Part shown: positions 50,248-62,332 of the stretch, in pieces
Layout of the letters: the number at the start of each line of letters is the position of its first letter
Numbering within the stretch: position 1 is the first letter of the stretch
From: an uncultured Pelagibacteraceae bacterium
GTDB taxonomy: Bacteria > Pseudomonadota > Alphaproteobacteria > Pelagibacterales > Pelagibacteraceae
NCBI GenBank assembly: GCA_902604545.1
Contig: CACKZG010000001.1
Span: 96-64,095 of the forward strand
DNA: 64,000 nucleotides
Direction of reading: 5' to 3'
Notes under the pieces: model-generated
Told to the model about the DNA's origin: nothing
What the model saw: only the letters and a program-made list of their open reading frames with translations
The model's database searches: none
Made by a program: the position numbers and the translations under genes

Positions 50248-52074
50248 TTAACTTTCAAGAAAACTTTTTAGCTGTTTTGATCTACTGGGGTGTTTTAATT
50301 TTCTAAGTGCTTTTGCCTCTATTTGTCTTATTCTCTCTCTGGTCACAGAAAACTGAAGACCTACTTCTTCCAACGTATGGTCTGTATTCATACCTACGCC
50401 AAACCTCATTCTCAAAACTCTTTCTTCTCTTGGAGTTAAGGTTGATAAAATTTTAGTTGTTGCTTCACCTAGGTTGGATTTAATTGCTTGTTCTAACGGA
50501 GCCAAAGCTTTTGTATCTTCAATAAAATCTCCTAAACTACTATCCTCCTCATCGCCCACTGGTTTTTCTAATGACACTGGCTCTTTTGAAATTTTCAATA
50601 CTTTTCTAACTTTGTCTAAAGGCATTCGAAGTTTTTGAGCTAACTCTTCAGGTGTTGCTTCTCTTCCAAACTCACTTAAGATTAGTCGTTGAGTTCTTAC
50701 AATTTTATTAATTGTCTCAATCATATGAACTGGAATTCTAATAGTTCTTGCCTGGTCAGCTATTGATCTTGTAATAGCTTGTCTAATCCACCAAGTAGCA
50801 TAAGTAGAAAATTTATAACCCCTTCTATACTCAAATTTATCTACAGCTTTCATCAGACCTATATTTCCTTCTTGAATTAAGTCTAAAAATTGAAGGCCTC
50901 TGTTTGTATATTTCTTGGCTATAGATATTACTAACCTTAAGTTAGCTTCAACCATTTCTTTTTTAGCAATTCTAGACTCTTTTTCTCCCTTTTGAATTCT
51001 GCTAACTAATTTTTTAAAATCAGTAACAGAAATTCCTAATTTATGACTAATTTCAATTAATCTTTCTCTTATATTTTTAAATTCATCTTTATTTTTTGAA
51101 AAAAATTGTTTCCAAATTAAGTTAGTATCTAAAAATTTTTTTAAATTAGGGTTAATTTCATTACCAACATAAAATTTAATAAATTCATTACGAGGTATCT
51201 TTTGATCCATAGCTAATCTTAAAAGGTTACCCTCTAAAGATATAATTTTTTTATTTTCAACATAATGTTTTTGAACAAGCTCCTCTAAAACAGATGGAGA
51301 TAATTGAAGAGATTTTATATTTTCTAAAATATTATCTACAATCTTTTGATAACCTTTTTCTTTTACTGTAGAAAATTTTTGTGAATTTAAGACACAATCA
51401 AGTTTTTCTTTTTGATATTTAATTAATTTCCCATATTCCTTAGTTAAAGTCACAACTGTTTTTAAAACTTTTGGTTTAATTTCATTTTCCATTGCTGCAA
51501 GTGTTGGATTAAAGTCATCATCATCTCCATCATTAGATCCTTCTTCTTTTTCTGTTTCACCTGCATTTTTTTGTTTTGCACTAGGACCTGTAGTCTCATC
51601 CTCCATATAGTTAGTATCAATATCGATAATTTCTCTAACTAAAATTTCATCTTTTTGTAATTGATCGTTCCATTCATAAAACTGTTGAGCTGTAATGGGA
51701 CTTTGCGATAATGCTATCAACATTACATCTTTTCCAGCTTCAATCCTTTTTGCAATTGCAATTTCACCCTCTCTTGAAAGTAACTCAACACCACCCATTT
51801 CACGTAAATACATTCTAATTGGATCATCACTTTTCTCTATAGTCTTGCCTTCTTCTTTAGATGAACCCTCTTTTTTTCTTAAAACCTTAAAGTCAGATTT
51901 TTTTTCTACTAAAGTTACACCTTCATCTAAAATATGTATAAATGCTTGACATAAATTTTCATCAGAGAGATTTCTTTTTCCAAGAGACTTACTTAATTCC
52001 TCGTACGTAATAAAACCTCTATGGACCCCACGACCCATTAATCTAGCGAATGATTTTGTAATTATTCTTTCCAC
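50248..52074 (-). CDS. rpoD: Primary sigma factor sigma70
   Basis: [42 protein letters not shown]. Confidence 0.98.
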   Translation of the reverse strand: MERIITKSFARLMGRGVHRGFITYEELSKSLGKRNLSDENLCQAFIHILDEGVTLVEKKSDFKVLRKKEGSSKEEGKTIEKSDDPIRMYLREMGGVELLSREGEIAIAKRIEAGKDVMLIALSQSPITAQQFYEWNDQLQKDEILVREIIDIDTNYMEDETTGPSAKQKNAGETEKEEGSNDGDDDDFNPTLAAMENEIKPKVLKTVVTLTKEYGKLIKYQKEKLDCVLNSQKFSTVKEKGYQKIVDNILENIKSLQLSPSVLEELVQKHYVENKKIISLEGNLLRLAMDQKIPRNEFIKFYVGNEINPNLKKFLDTNLIWKQFFSKNKDEFKNIRERLIEISHKLGISVTDFKKLVSRIQKGEKESRIAKKEMVEANLRLVISIAKKYTNRGLQFLDLIQEGNIGLMKAVDKFEYRRGYKFSTYATWWIRQAITRSIADQARTIRIPVHMIETINKIVRTQRLILSEFGREATPEELAQKLRMPLDKVRKVLKISKEPVSLEKPVGDEEDSSLGDFIEDTKALAPLEQAIKSNLGEATTKILSTLTPREERVLRMRFGVGMNTDHTLEEVGLQFSVTRERIRQIEAKALRKLKHPSRSKQLKSFLES

Positions 52075-52141
52075 AGTAAATTAAGTTTGAAAGACTTATA
52101 TAATGTCAAATTAGCAAAAATCCATTGCTAATTTATTCTGA

Positions 52142-53917
52142 TTAGTTGATTTTTCTCTCATTTTTAAGCAGTTTTAGCTCGTTAAATGTAGTTTCGCTCA
52201 TATCTTTTGAAAACCTCGATTCTAATTCTTGAATTCTGAACTCTAGATCATAATTAAATAAATCTTTTGAGATATCATCTAACAACTCTATTACTTGATT
52301 GTCATTATCTGTATTGTTTTTGAGAATATGCTTAATTGGTGCAAATTTATTTATTTTATCTAATAATTGTTTATCCAGATTCAATCCTTCAAGACTCATT
52401 TGTTCGCCAGATTTTAATTTGACTAAAATAGAATTAAAAATTTGCTTATTTATTTCTGAGAATAATTTAATATTTTCAACTAAGTGAATATTGGCCTGAA
52501 AAAAAGATAAATTATTTAAAAGTAAATATATTAAAGAAAATTCTTTCAACTCAACACCTGTTATAAACTGGCTTTCCTTAAAATATTTTTTTGTACTTTC
52601 TAAAGATTTAGTTTTCTTTAAATAAAATTTTTTATTATTTTTATTTGAATGTGGTGTTAACTCAGCAATTTTTTCTAAAAAATACTCAAGAACATACTTT
52701 TTAATGAAATCATCTTTAATAGTACTAGCTATAGATCTTAATTTTTTTTCAAAAATTGCCATTGAAGATGGATTATTTTCAGTTTGTTTTTTATAATGAC
52801 TAAAAATAAATTGATGAATAGATAGCTTGGTTTGTTTTGTAAAATCTACAAAATAGTCTTTACCATTTTTATTTACATAACTGTCAGGGTCTTCTTTTTC
52901 AGGTAAAAACAAAAAAGATATTTGTTTTTCAGGTCTTAATTCTTTTATAGAATTTTCAGCAGCTCTTAGAGCAGCTTTATATCCACTTTCATCTCCATCA
53001 AAACAAATTATAATATCATCAAAAAACTGATTTAAAGTTAAAATTTGCTTGTCAGTTAATGAAGTGCCAAGATTTGCTACTACATTATCGATTCCATTTT
53101 TGCTAAGACCTATAACATCCATATATCCTTCAACGAGGTAAATATGATCAATTTTATTAGAAAGTTTCCTTGCTAAATCTAAATTATATAAATTTGATCC
53201 TTTTTTAAAAAAATTTGTTTCAGGTGAATTTATATATTTGGCTAAATAATCTATGTTTTCAATTATTCTTCCACCCAATGCTATTGGTTGACCTGAAATA
53301 TTATTAATTGGAAATATTAATCGACCTCTAAATCTTTCGACATAAATTTTTTTTTTCTCGTCTAAATAAAATAAACCAGTTTCTACTAAAGTTTGTTCGC
53401 TATGGTCTTTTTTTAATTTTTCAAAAAAATTTGGATTTTTTTCTATATATCCTATTTTAAATTTTTTTACTTCATCTTTACTTAGTGATCTATTTTTTAA
53501 ATAATCTCTAGCAATTGAACAATCTTCATTTTTTAAAAGTTCATTGTGATAAAAATCTACATAATTATTAAAAATAGACTTATACTCATTCCATTTTCTC
53601 TCTCTTTCTTCGTCTTGTTTCGAAAACATATATGGCTGCATCCCTGCTAATTGAGCCAAGTATTTAACTGCCTCTCCAAATTTTAAATTTTGAGTTTTCA
53701 TTACAAAATCATAGATATTGCCGTGTTCAGAAGTTGCAAAACAATGATAAAATTCTTTTTCATCATTCACAGTAAAGGAAGGTGTTTTTTCATTTTTGAA
53801 AGGTGATAAACCAACAAACTCTTTACCTCTTTTTTTTAAGGAAACAGTTTTTGATACCACTGTTGAAACTTTCAACCTGTTTTTAATTTCATCAAGATAC
53901 TCTTTTGGGTATTTCAT
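52142..53917 (-). CDS. dnaG: DNA primase
   Basis: EKTPSF, KYINSPET, VEGYMD, FDGD, DPD. Confidence 0.96.
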   Translation of the reverse strand: MKYPKEYLDEIKNRLKVSTVVSKTVSLKKRGKEFVGLSPFKNEKTPSFTVNDEKEFYHCFATSEHGNIYDFVMKTQNLKFGEAVKYLAQLAGMQPYMFSKQDEERERKWNEYKSIFNNYVDFYHNELLKNEDCSIARDYLKNRSLSKDEVKKFKIGYIEKNPNFFEKLKKDHSEQTLVETGLFYLDEKKKIYVERFRGRLIFPINNISGQPIALGGRIIENIDYLAKYINSPETNFFKKGSNLYNLDLARKLSNKIDHIYLVEGYMDVIGLSKNGIDNVVANLGTSLTDKQILTLNQFFDDIIICFDGDESGYKAALRAAENSIKELRPEKQISFLFLPEKEDPDSYVNKNGKDYFVDFTKQTKLSIHQFIFSHYKKQTENNPSSMAIFEKKLRSIASTIKDDFIKKYVLEYFLEKIAELTPHSNKNNKKFYLKKTKSLESTKKYFKESQFITGVELKEFSLIYLLLNNLSFFQANIHLVENIKLFSEINKQIFNSILVKLKSGEQMSLEGLNLDKQLLDKINKFAPIKHILKNNTDNDNQVIELLDDISKDLFNYDLEFRIQELESRFSKDMSETTFNELKLLKNERKIN

Positions 53918-54378
53918 TATTTGTTCAATAAATCTTTGATCAACGCTCCTGCTTTTGAAAAATCAATTTCGTCTGCATAAGTTTTTTTTAGTTCACCCAT
54001 AACTTTCCCCATATCTTTTAATGAATTTGCTCCAATTTTTGCAATAAGATCTGCACAGATTTTTTTAGTTTCCTCTTCACTAAGTTGCTTAGGTAAAAAA
54101 CTTGTTAAAATATCATACTCATTTTGCTCAACCTCCAAAAGATCAGTTCTATTATTTTTTTTATAAATATCGATCGATTCGGCGCGCTGTTTAACCATTT
54201 TTTTTAAAAGTTTCTTGATATCATCATCATCAGTTTCCTTTTTGTTGGGGCCTGATCTGTTAACAATATCCAAATCTTTAATAGAAGATAATATTAACCT
54301 ATAGGTTGATATTTTGTTTTTATCTTTAGATTTTAAAGCATTTTTATATTCGTTTTCAATAGTCTGTTTTAATGACAT
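53917..54378 (-). CDS. GatB/YqeY domain protein
   Basis: KQRAESI, FLPKQLSEEE, DMGKVMG. Confidence 0.9.
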   Translation of the reverse strand: MSLKQTIENEYKNALKSKDKNKISTYRLILSSIKDLDIVNRSGPNKKETDDDDIKKLLKKMVKQRAESIDIYKKNNRTDLLEVEQNEYDILTSFLPKQLSEEETKKICADLIAKIGANSLKDMGKVMGELKKTYADEIDFSKAGALIKDLLNK

Positions 54379-54503
54379 AATTTTTAATCTACTTTAAAGA
54401 AAAAATTCTTCAAAAGAAAAATTGTTTTTTTACAATTTTATATTACATCTCTGTTGCGATAATAAAGCAATTATTGTATTAACCTTTAACTCATGAGTTG
54501 TAA

Positions 54504-55700
54504 TTGATCAAAAAAGCAAAAAAAACTAACTCAAAAATAAAATCTCAAATCAATACAGCCGTTCTAGTTCTTGAAAACAAAAAGGTATTTAAAGGAATTG
54601 GAATTGGATACCAGGGAGAAGCCACAGGCGAAGTTTGCTTTAATACATCCTTAACAGGGTATCAAGAAATCATCTCTGATCCATCATACGCAGGTCAAAT
54701 TATTAACTTTACCTTTCCTCATATTGGAAATGTTGGAACTAATAAAGAGGATCATGAGTCTGATAAAATATGGGCTAGAGGAGTGATTTTTAACTCTGAA
54801 ATAACTTCACCCTCAAATTATAGATCATTCCAACATTTAGATGCTTGGCTTAAGAAAAATAAAATTGTTGGAATTACTGGCTTAGACACTAGAAGCCTAA
54901 CAAACTTTATAAGGGACAAAGGTGCCCCAAAAGGCACGATTAGTTACTCAAAAAAAGGAAAATTTAATATTAAAAAATTGACTAATACCACCACCAAATG
55001 GAATGGATTAAAAAATCTTGATCTTGCTGAAGTAGTTTCTACACAGAAAAATTATATTTGGAAAGGTCTTAAAACCTGGAAAAAAGAATTTGGATATAAA
55101 AAAAATAATAAGAACTTATTTCACGTTGTTGCAATTGATTATGGGATAAAAAAAAATATCTTGAGATATTTCTCTGACTTTAATTGTAAAGTTACTGTCG
55201 TTTCTTGTAAAACTAATGCACGAAAAATTTTAGCTTTAAAACCAAATGGAATATTTTTATCAAATGGTCCTGGTGATCCAGCTGCAACAGGAAAATATGC
55301 TATAGAAATTATTAAAGATCTAATTAAAAAAAATTTACCAATATTTGGTATTTGTTTGGGTCATCAAATTTTAGCATTAGCATTAGGTGGTAAAACAAAG
55401 AAAATGAAGCTTGGTCATAGAGGAGCAAATCACCCCGTCAAAAATTTAATTCATGATAATGTTGAGATAACGAGTCAAAACCATGGATTTGAAGTAGTTA
55501 AAGAAACATTACCAAAAAATATTGAGGTCACACATAAATCTTTATTTGATAATAGTATTGAAGGTATCAAACTAAAAAATAAACCAGTCTTTTCAGTTCA
55601 ATATCATCCAGAGTCTAATCCAGGACCTCAAGATAGTGTTTATTTGTTTCAAGAATTTATTAACAACATGAAAAAAAATGCCAAAAAGAAAAGATATTAA
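54504..55700 (+). CDS. carA: Carbamoyl-phosphate synthase small subunit
   Basis: [26 protein letters not shown]. Confidence 0.97.
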   Translation: MIKKAKKTNSKIKSQINTAVLVLENKKVFKGIGIGYQGEATGEVCFNTSLTGYQEIISDPSYAGQIINFTFPHIGNVGTNKEDHESDKIWARGVIFNSEITSPSNYRSFQHLDAWLKKNKIVGITGLDTRSLTNFIRDKGAPKGTISYSKKGKFNIKKLTNTTTKWNGLKNLDLAEVVSTQKNYIWKGLKTWKKEFGYKKNNKNLFHVVAIDYGIKKNILRYFSDFNCKVTVVSCKTNARKILALKPNGIFLSNGPGDPAATGKYAIEIIKDLIKKNLPIFGICLGHQILALALGGKTKKMKLGHRGANHPVKNLIHDNVEITSQNHGFEVVKETLPKNIEVTHKSLFDNSIEGIKLKNKPVFSVQYHPESNPGPQDSVYLFQEFINNMKKNAKKKRY

Positions 55701-58700
55701 AAAAATTCTAGTTGTGGGAGCTGGTCCAATAATTATAGGACAAGCATGTGAATTTGACTATTCAGGAACACAAGCATGTAAAGCTCTTAAAAATGAAGGT
55801 TATAAAGTAGTCTTAATAAATTCAAATCCTGCAACAATTATGACAGATCCAGATGTTGCAGATAAAACTTATATTGAGCCCATTACACTTGATGTATTAG
55901 AAAAAATTCTCAAGAAAGAAAAACCAGATGCAATTCTACCGACAATGGGTGGTCAAACCGCGCTTAACCTTGCAATGGAAGCAGAGAAAAAAGGAATTTT
56001 AAAAAAATACAAAATTGAATTGATAGGAGCAAATTCTAAAGCAATTTCTAATGCCGAGGACAGAAAGAAATTTAGAAAAAATATGATTGATATTGGTTTA
56101 GATTTACCAAAATCTGAAATTGTTAATAACAATAACCAAGCATCAAAAGTTTTAAAAAAAATTGGATTGCCAGCAATTATAAGACCTGCTTTTACACTTG
56201 GTGGACTTGGTGGAGGAATAGCTAAAAATAAAAAAGATTATTTTAAGATTGTTAAAAATGGATTGCATGAATCTCCTGTAAGCCAAGTTCTTGTTGAGGA
56301 ATGTTTGGAAGGCTGGAAAGAATTTGAGATGGAGGTGGTAAGAGATAAGAAAGATAATTGTATCATTATTTGCTCAATCGAAAATATAGATCCAATGGGA
56401 ATTCATACAGGTGACTCAGTAACTATTGCACCAGCTCTTACTCTTACAGATAAAGAATATCAAGTAATGAGAAATGCATCTATTTCATGTTTAAGAAAAA
56501 TTGGAGTTGAAACTGGAGGATCAAATGTACAATTTGCTATCAACCCTAAAAATGGTCGAATGGTTGTAATTGAAATGAACCCACGAGTATCAAGATCATC
56601 AGCACTTGCATCAAAAGCAACTGGATTTCCTATTGCAAAAGTGGCTGCAAAATTAGCTGTTGGCTATACTCTAGATGAATTAAAAAATGAAATAACTAAA
56701 GTTACACCTGCATCATTTGAACCAAGTATAGATTATGTTGTAACTAAAATTCCAAGATTTACATTTGAAAAATTTTCAACTTCTCCTGCAACCTTAGGAA
56801 CATCTATGAAATCAGTAGGTGAAGCAATGGCTATTGGACGAAACTTTAAAGAGTCTTTACAAAAGGCGTTGGTATCTCTTGAAACTGGTTTTTCAGGTTT
56901 AGACAGAATTTTTGATTTAAATAAAAAACAAATTGAAAAGAAGCTTAAAGAAACTATTCCAAATAAGATATTGCTAGTAGCCGAAGCAATTAGAAAAAAA
57001 ATAGACTTAAAAAAAATATATAATTCATCCAAAATTGATCCTTGGTTCTTAGAACAAATTAAAGAAATAGTTGATTGCGAAACACAGATCAAAAATAAGG
57101 GACTCCCTAAAAATTTTTCAGAATTTAATAGAATAAAATCCATAGGGTTTTCAGATAAAAAACTTTCGGAATTAACAAAAACTTCTGAGGATATTGTTAG
57201 AAAAAAAAGATCAGCACTTAAAATACTTCCGGTTTATAAAAAAGTAGATACGTGCGCTGCTGAATTTAAATCATTTACACCTTATATGTATTCAACGTAT
57301 CAAAGAAATTTTTCAATTAACTCTGAATGTGAAGCTGATCCATCCAATAAGAAAAAAATAATTATTCTTGGAGGAGGACCAAATAGAATTGGTCAAGGAA
57401 TTGAGTTTGATTATTGCTGTTGTCAGGCAAGTTTTTCATTAAAAGACGCAGGTTTTGAGACTATCATGGTAAATTGTAACCCTGAAACAGTATCAACAGA
57501 CTATGATACGAGTGATCGATTATACTTTGAACCTTTAAAAGAAGAATACGTTTTTAATTTAATTAAAAAAGAGCAAGAAAAAGGAAACCTAATAGGTGTA
57601 ATAGCCCAGTTTGGTGGCCAAACTCCGATTAAGCTTGCTAAATTTTTACATGACAACAAGCTTCCAATTCTAGGAACTCAATATACCTCTATTGATTTAG
57701 CAGAGGATAGAGACCGATTTAGAAATTTATTAAATAAATTAAAATTAAAACAAGCAGAGAGTGGAATAGCAAAGACAATTAATCAGGCAATAAAAATTGC
57801 AGATAAAATAGGATTACCATTAATGGTAAGACCTTCGTATGTTTTAGGTGGAAGAGCAATGGAAATTGTTCATGAAAAAAATCAACTTAAAAAATTTGTT
57901 GAAGAAGCTTTTAAAGCTGCAGAAGAAAATCCAATTTTAATTGATAAATTTATCGATCATGCAATGGAAGTAGATGTGGATGCCATATCAGATGGAAAAC
58001 AGGTTCACGTTGCAGGAATTATGCAACATATTGAAGAAGCTGGAATTCATTCAGGAGACTCGGCGTGTAGCCTACCTCCTGTATCAATTAAACCATATCT
58101 TCTTAAAGAAATTGAAAACCAAACAAAAAAATTAGCTATAGCTTTAAATGTTAAAGGTTTCATGAATATACAGTTTGCAATTAAAAAAGATAAAATTTAT
58201 GTGATCGAAGTTAATCCAAGAGCTAGTCGGACAGTACCTTTTGTTTCAAAAGCAAAAGGATTGCCCCTAGCTAAAATTGCATCAAGAGTAATGGCTGGTG
58301 AAAAGTTATCTAAGTTTAATTTAAAAGATAAATCTAAAGGTATGTACGCAGTTAAAGAAGCTGTATTTCCATTTAATAAATTTCCAAACAGTGACTTATT
58401 GTTAGGGCCTGAAATGAAATCAACTGGGGAAGTTATGGGATTTGATAAAAATTTTGGAATGGCTTTTGCCAAAAGTCAGATCGCAGCAGCTAACTCATTA
58501 CCAAAACAAGGACTGGCTTTTATATCTCTCAAAGATAGTCACAAAGATGAAGGAATAGATTTAGCTAAAGAACTTCTTAAGCTTAAGTTTGCATTATGCG
58601 CAACTAGAGGCACTGCAGAATACATTCGAAAACATGGGATGAAATGTAAAATTATAAATAAAGTAAGCACAGGCTCACCCCATATAGTAGATGTTTTAGG

Positions 58701-58911
58701 CTCTAAAAAAATTGCATTAGTGATAAATACTGGGGGTGGAAATAGTGAACATCGATTAAGTGATGCAATAGCTTTGAGAAGAGCAACATTAAAGAATAAA
58801 GTTCCTTACTGTACAAATATGTCTACTGCACAAGCTTGCTTAGAGGCAATTAAATCACTTAAAACTAAAAAATTAGAAGTTATTTCGCTTCAAGATATCA
58901 AAAATGCCTGA
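55678..58911 (+). CDS. carB: Carbamoyl-phosphate synthase large subunit
   Basis: [10 protein letters not shown], duplicated ATP-grasp domains, MGS domain. Confidence 0.98.
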   Translation: MPKRKDIKKILVVGAGPIIIGQACEFDYSGTQACKALKNEGYKVVLINSNPATIMTDPDVADKTYIEPITLDVLEKILKKEKPDAILPTMGGQTALNLAMEAEKKGILKKYKIELIGANSKAISNAEDRKKFRKNMIDIGLDLPKSEIVNNNNQASKVLKKIGLPAIIRPAFTLGGLGGGIAKNKKDYFKIVKNGLHESPVSQVLVEECLEGWKEFEMEVVRDKKDNCIIICSIENIDPMGIHTGDSVTIAPALTLTDKEYQVMRNASISCLRKIGVETGGSNVQFAINPKNGRMVVIEMNPRVSRSSALASKATGFPIAKVAAKLAVGYTLDELKNEITKVTPASFEPSIDYVVTKIPRFTFEKFSTSPATLGTSMKSVGEAMAIGRNFKESLQKALVSLETGFSGLDRIFDLNKKQIEKKLKETIPNKILLVAEAIRKKIDLKKIYNSSKIDPWFLEQIKEIVDCETQIKNKGLPKNFSEFNRIKSIGFSDKKLSELTKTSEDIVRKKRSALKILPVYKKVDTCAAEFKSFTPYMYSTYQRNFSINSECEADPSNKKKIIILGGGPNRIGQGIEFDYCCCQASFSLKDAGFETIMVNCNPETVSTDYDTSDRLYFEPLKEEYVFNLIKKEQEKGNLIGVIAQFGGQTPIKLAKFLHDNKLPILGTQYTSIDLAEDRDRFRNLLNKLKLKQAESGIAKTINQAIKIADKIGLPLMVRPSYVLGGRAMEIVHEKNQLKKFVEEAFKAAEENPILIDKFIDHAMEVDVDAISDGKQVHVAGIMQHIEEAGIHSGDSACSLPPVSIKPYLLKEIENQTKKLAIALNVKGFMNIQFAIKKDKIYVIEVNPRASRTVPFVSKAKGLPLAKIASRVMAGEKLSKFNLKDKSKGMYAVKEAVFPFNKFPNSDLLLGPEMKSTGEVMGFDKNFGMAFAKSQIAAANSLPKQGLAFISLKDSHKDEGIDLAKELLKLKFALCATRGTAEYIRKHGMKCKIINKVSTGSPHIVDVLGSKKIALVINTGGGNSEHRLSDAIALRRATLKNKVPYCTNMSTAQACLEAIKSLKTKKLEVISLQDIKNA

Positions 58912-59347
58912 GATAATTAAAATTGGACTTTCTAAAAATCATAACCAAGAAATAATTGAAGTAACGGAAATAGATTTAGTTGCTGGCAAAGGTATTGTTG
59001 GTGATAGACATTTTAAAGATTTCAATGATCCCTATAACCAGTTATCAATTATTGAAAGTGAGAATATTGATGAATATAATTTTAAAAATAAATTAAATAT
59101 TCCTCTCTTAAACTTCAGAAGAAATATTGTCACTAAAGGAATAAGACTAAATGATCTTTTGCAAAAAAGAATTAAAATAGGGTCTGTTAAGTTAGAAGTC
59201 ATAGATTTATGTAGACCTTGTCGACACCTTTCAGAAAATTTGGAGAGAAATGACATCATAAAAGAATTTTTGAGAAAAGGTGGTGTAAGATGTCGGATAA
59301 TTAATGATGGTAAAATATCACTTGGTGATCAAATAAAAATTATTTGA
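58904..59347 (+). CDS. MOSC domain protein
   Basis: GIVGDR, FRRNIV, CRPC, GG. Confidence 0.85.
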   Translation: MPEIIKIGLSKNHNQEIIEVTEIDLVAGKGIVGDRHFKDFNDPYNQLSIIESENIDEYNFKNKLNIPLLNFRRNIVTKGIRLNDLLQKRIKIGSVKLEVIDLCRPCRHLSENLERNDIIKEFLRKGGVRCRIINDGKISLGDQIKII

Positions 59348-60002
59348 CCTTCCAATCAGTTTCAAAAGTTACATAATTTACCTGTATACAACGTCTTTCT
59401 TTAATTATTTTCTTCTTTTCCATACCATGCCATGTGTTTGGTCCGCTGGTAAAAAGATAACCATAATTATGTTTATAAGGAAGTGTCTTAACCTTCTCTA
59501 ATTTTTCATTGTAAAAATCAGTTCCTAAATCTTCAGATTCATTTGTTTTATTAACAAATATTAAGCCTGACATAAGTTTTTCTTTTATATCGCAATGAGG
59601 TTTTAACCAAAAACCCTCTCGGTCACATATAACCTCAACCCTAACATAAGAATTTGATAAATCTTTATTTATCATTTTAGAAATTGTTTCATATGTTTCT
59701 TTAGACTGAAGTTCATTTATAAATTTTACTAAATTTGGAAATTGAGATGCATTTTCTTTTTTAATAAAACATCTAAACTTTATTGCTTGTCCTCCAGAAG
59801 CTATACCTTGTCTAAATTCTGCAGCTCCACCATCTATTGCTCTTGTTCCATCATAATTAAGATTATGTTTACTCACATCAGGAATGTCTGCTTTGACTAT
59901 TTCATCAATAGCATCTTCTGACAAGGCATTGCTATACTCCCAATGATTAAATGGAAAATTATGTTCTTTTGAATTGTTTTTGATTGAATTTAAAAATGAC
60001 AT
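59340..60002 (-). CDS. 2OG-Fe(II) oxygenase family protein
   Basis: HxD (PHCD), distal H (WHG), RR in the C-terminal strand. Confidence 0.75.
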   Translation of the reverse strand: MSFLNSIKNNSKEHNFPFNHWEYSNALSEDAIDEIVKADIPDVSKHNLNYDGTRAIDGGAAEFRQGIASGGQAIKFRCFIKKENASQFPNLVKFINELQSKETYETISKMINKDLSNSYVRVEVICDREGFWLKPHCDIKEKLMSGLIFVNKTNESEDLGTDFYNEKLEKVKTLPYKHNYGYLFTSGPNTWHGMEKKKIIKERRCIQVNYVTFETDWKVK

Positions 60003-60946
60003 TAGGGTTGTATTTTTTCTTTAATAATTTTTGCTACTCTATTCGTTTCATCTAATTTTTGATAGTTCCAATTTTCAATTTCTTCACCTAAGTTTCTAGT
60101 AATATTTAATTCTCTGAATAAATTTCTAAAATTCTGAAATCTAACATCTTTTCTTTTCGGTAAAATATTAGCAACATAAATTGGTTTTCCAGTTAAAGCA
60201 GCTTCAGATATCATTGAGCTGGAATCACATGTAACAACTATATTTTCCGAAATTGCTAAAGCTGAAAGATAAGCTTTTTTATCAACATTCATAATCACAG
60301 TGTGATTTTCTCCAAAAAACTCTTTTGCATAATGTATAGTATTTAATGGTGTTCTCATTGAAGGTATCACCACAAGTTGAAAATCATGTTTTTTCAATAG
60401 TTTGTAAAAAATTGAAAATATATGCTTCATATTTTTTGTTGAGTAGTCATAATATTTTGTAGGACCACCCATTATCAAACACCAAACTTTTCTATTATCC
60501 TGTTTGATATATGAATTTAAATAACTTCTATTTTCTTCAATTTCATTTTCGGTTAAATAATGAATTGCACCTTTTGTTTTAATTACATTTGTACCGCTTA
60601 TCCCATCATGTTCGGGAGCAACAATAAAATCAAAATGATTAAAATCTACCTTTGGATCTTGAATATGAATATTTGAAACTTTTTTTTTTGAGGTACTTTT
60701 TAAGTGGATTGAGGGAACCACACTTTTTCTTCCACATGAAATAATTACATCAAAATGATACTCGTTTATTTTTTTATAAACGTTTTGTGATATTGGAGTT
60801 AATTTTGGAGGAACAATTTTCCAAAAATTGTTTAGTTCAACCTTATGGTGTGTAAAATCCAAATCTAAAGCTTTAGCTAAACCTTCTACCTGGCTTATCA
60901 TACCATGCATTCCTTGAGTTAATAATAAACCTTTTAATTTAGACAT
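60002..60946 (-). CDS. ELM1-like (mitochondrial fission ELM1 family) putative nucleotide-sugar-binding protein
   Basis: ISCGR, IQDP, APEHD, VTCDSSSMISEA. Confidence 0.82.
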   Translation of the reverse strand: MSKLKGLLLTQGMHGMISQVEGLAKALDLDFTHHKVELNNFWKIVPPKLTPISQNVYKKINEYHFDVIISCGRKSVVPSIHLKSTSKKKVSNIHIQDPKVDFNHFDFIVAPEHDGISGTNVIKTKGAIHYLTENEIEENRSYLNSYIKQDNRKVWCLIMGGPTKYYDYSTKNMKHIFSIFYKLLKKHDFQLVVIPSMRTPLNTIHYAKEFFGENHTVIMNVDKKAYLSALAISENIVVTCDSSSMISEAALTGKPIYVANILPKRKDVRFQNFRNLFRELNITRNLGEEIENWNYQKLDETNRVAKIIKEKIQP

Positions 60947-60967
60947 TAATCACTATATAGCTTTCAT

Positions 60968-61912
60968 ATGAGTCAAAATCCAACTAAACACACAAAAGTG
61001 TTAATAATTGGATCTGGTCCTGCCGGATACACAGCAGCAGTTTATGCTGCTCGTGCAATGTTAAATCCTATTTTAGTTTATGGATCTGAGCCAGGAGGAC
61101 AATTAACAACGACAACTGATGTTGAAAATTATCCAGGATTTTCTGAAGTTATTCAGGGGCCATGGTTAATGGATCAAATGAAAGAACAAGCAAAAGCAGT
61201 TGGAACTGAAATGATTGAAGACCATATTGGATCTGTAAATTTAAAAAGTTCACCATTTGAAGCAATAGGTGATAGTGGTCAGAAATATACTGCTGATAGC
61301 ATTATTATTTCTACTGGAGCTCAAGCAAGATGGTTAAATATAAAATCAGAACAGGAATTTAGAGGATTTGGAGTTTCTGCTTGTGCAACTTGTGACGGTT
61401 TCTTTTTTAAAAATAAAGAAGTTGCTGTAGTTGGAGGAGGTAATGCAGCGGTTGAAGAAGCAATGTTCCTTACAAAGTTTGCATCTAAAGTAAAATTAAT
61501 CCACAGAAGAGATAGTTTAAGAGCTGAAAAAATGCTTCAAAAAAAATTAATGGAAAATAATAAAATAGAAATAATTTGGGACTCCGTAGTTGAAGATGTG
61601 TTAGGTAATAAAGATCCTAAAAATGTCAAAGGAATAAAGATTAAAAATGTTAAAACAAATAAAATACAAGAATTGAAACTTGATGGCGTATTCATTGCTA
61701 TTGGTCATGATCCAGCTACTCAACTTTTTAAAGATCAATTAAAAATGGATAATGAGGGGTATTTAATTACCAAACCTGACTCGACAGAAACTAATGTTCC
61801 TGGTGTTTATGCGGCTGGAGATGTAAAAGACAAAACATTTAGACAAGCTGTAACCGCTGCAGGTATGGGATGTATGGCTGCACTTGAAGCAGAAAAATTT
61901 TTATCTCACTAA
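60968..61912 (+). CDS. trxB: Thioredoxin reductase
   Basis: GSGPAG, GGQL, CATCDGFF, GGGNAA, AAGDV. Confidence 0.97.
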   Translation: MSQNPTKHTKVLIIGSGPAGYTAAVYAARAMLNPILVYGSEPGGQLTTTTDVENYPGFSEVIQGPWLMDQMKEQAKAVGTEMIEDHIGSVNLKSSPFEAIGDSGQKYTADSIIISTGAQARWLNIKSEQEFRGFGVSACATCDGFFFKNKEVAVVGGGNAAVEEAMFLTKFASKVKLIHRRDSLRAEKMLQKKLMENNKIEIIWDSVVEDVLGNKDPKNVKGIKIKNVKTNKIQELKLDGVFIAIGHDPATQLFKDQLKMDNEGYLITKPDSTETNVPGVYAAGDVKDKTFRQAVTAAGMGCMAALEAEKFLSH

Positions 61913-61915
61913 AAA

Positions 61916-62329
61916 ATGAAATTAAATTGGATTATTTTTGTAACTGGATGGATGTCATTCAGAGCAGTTGGGTCAGGTTTGTTTTTGTTTTGGATTTTTA
62001 CCGAAAATGAACGTTCGGCACCATCTGAATGGATAATTCCTTTTGTGGGTGACTTTTTTATTGGGATAACTGCTTTATTTTTTGTTTACCATATTATAAA
62101 AAAACCAAGCACTATACTATGGGGTCTTTTGCTGTCTTGGAATGTGATTGGTTTGTTAGATTTAATTGGGGCAATTAATGTAAGTTTTGCTGCTCCTTAT
62201 GGACCTATACCAGAAATAGGATTTAATGAATTGGTTGTAAGATTTATTTTAAGTTTGAATACGTTATTTCAGGTTTCTTGTATTTACTTATTGTTTCAAA
62301 AAGACATAAAAGAATATTTTAAATTTTAA
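61916..62329 (+). CDS. Hypothetical four-TM membrane protein
   Basis: Starts 3 bp after trxB; four hydrophobic segments. Confidence 0.7.
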   Translation: MKLNWIIFVTGWMSFRAVGSGLFLFWIFTENERSAPSEWIIPFVGDFFIGITALFFVYHIIKKPSTILWGLLLSWNVIGLLDLIGAINVSFAAPYGPIPEIGFNELVVRFILSLNTLFQVSCIYLLFQKDIKEYFKF

Positions 62330-62332
62330 AAA

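Noticed and set aside
52111-52131. TTAGCA...TGCTAA upstream of rpoD as a CIRCE element
   Set aside because: Lacks the CTC/GAG inner bases and is 6 bp too short for TTAGCACTC-N9-GAGTGCTAA
735-59259. Many 60-136 aa ORFs overlapping larger genes (e.g. 929..1216, 9298..9585, 43653..43937, 48271..48477, 56733..57143)
   Set aside because: Antisense or out-of-frame shadows of well-supported genes, with no recognisable motifs
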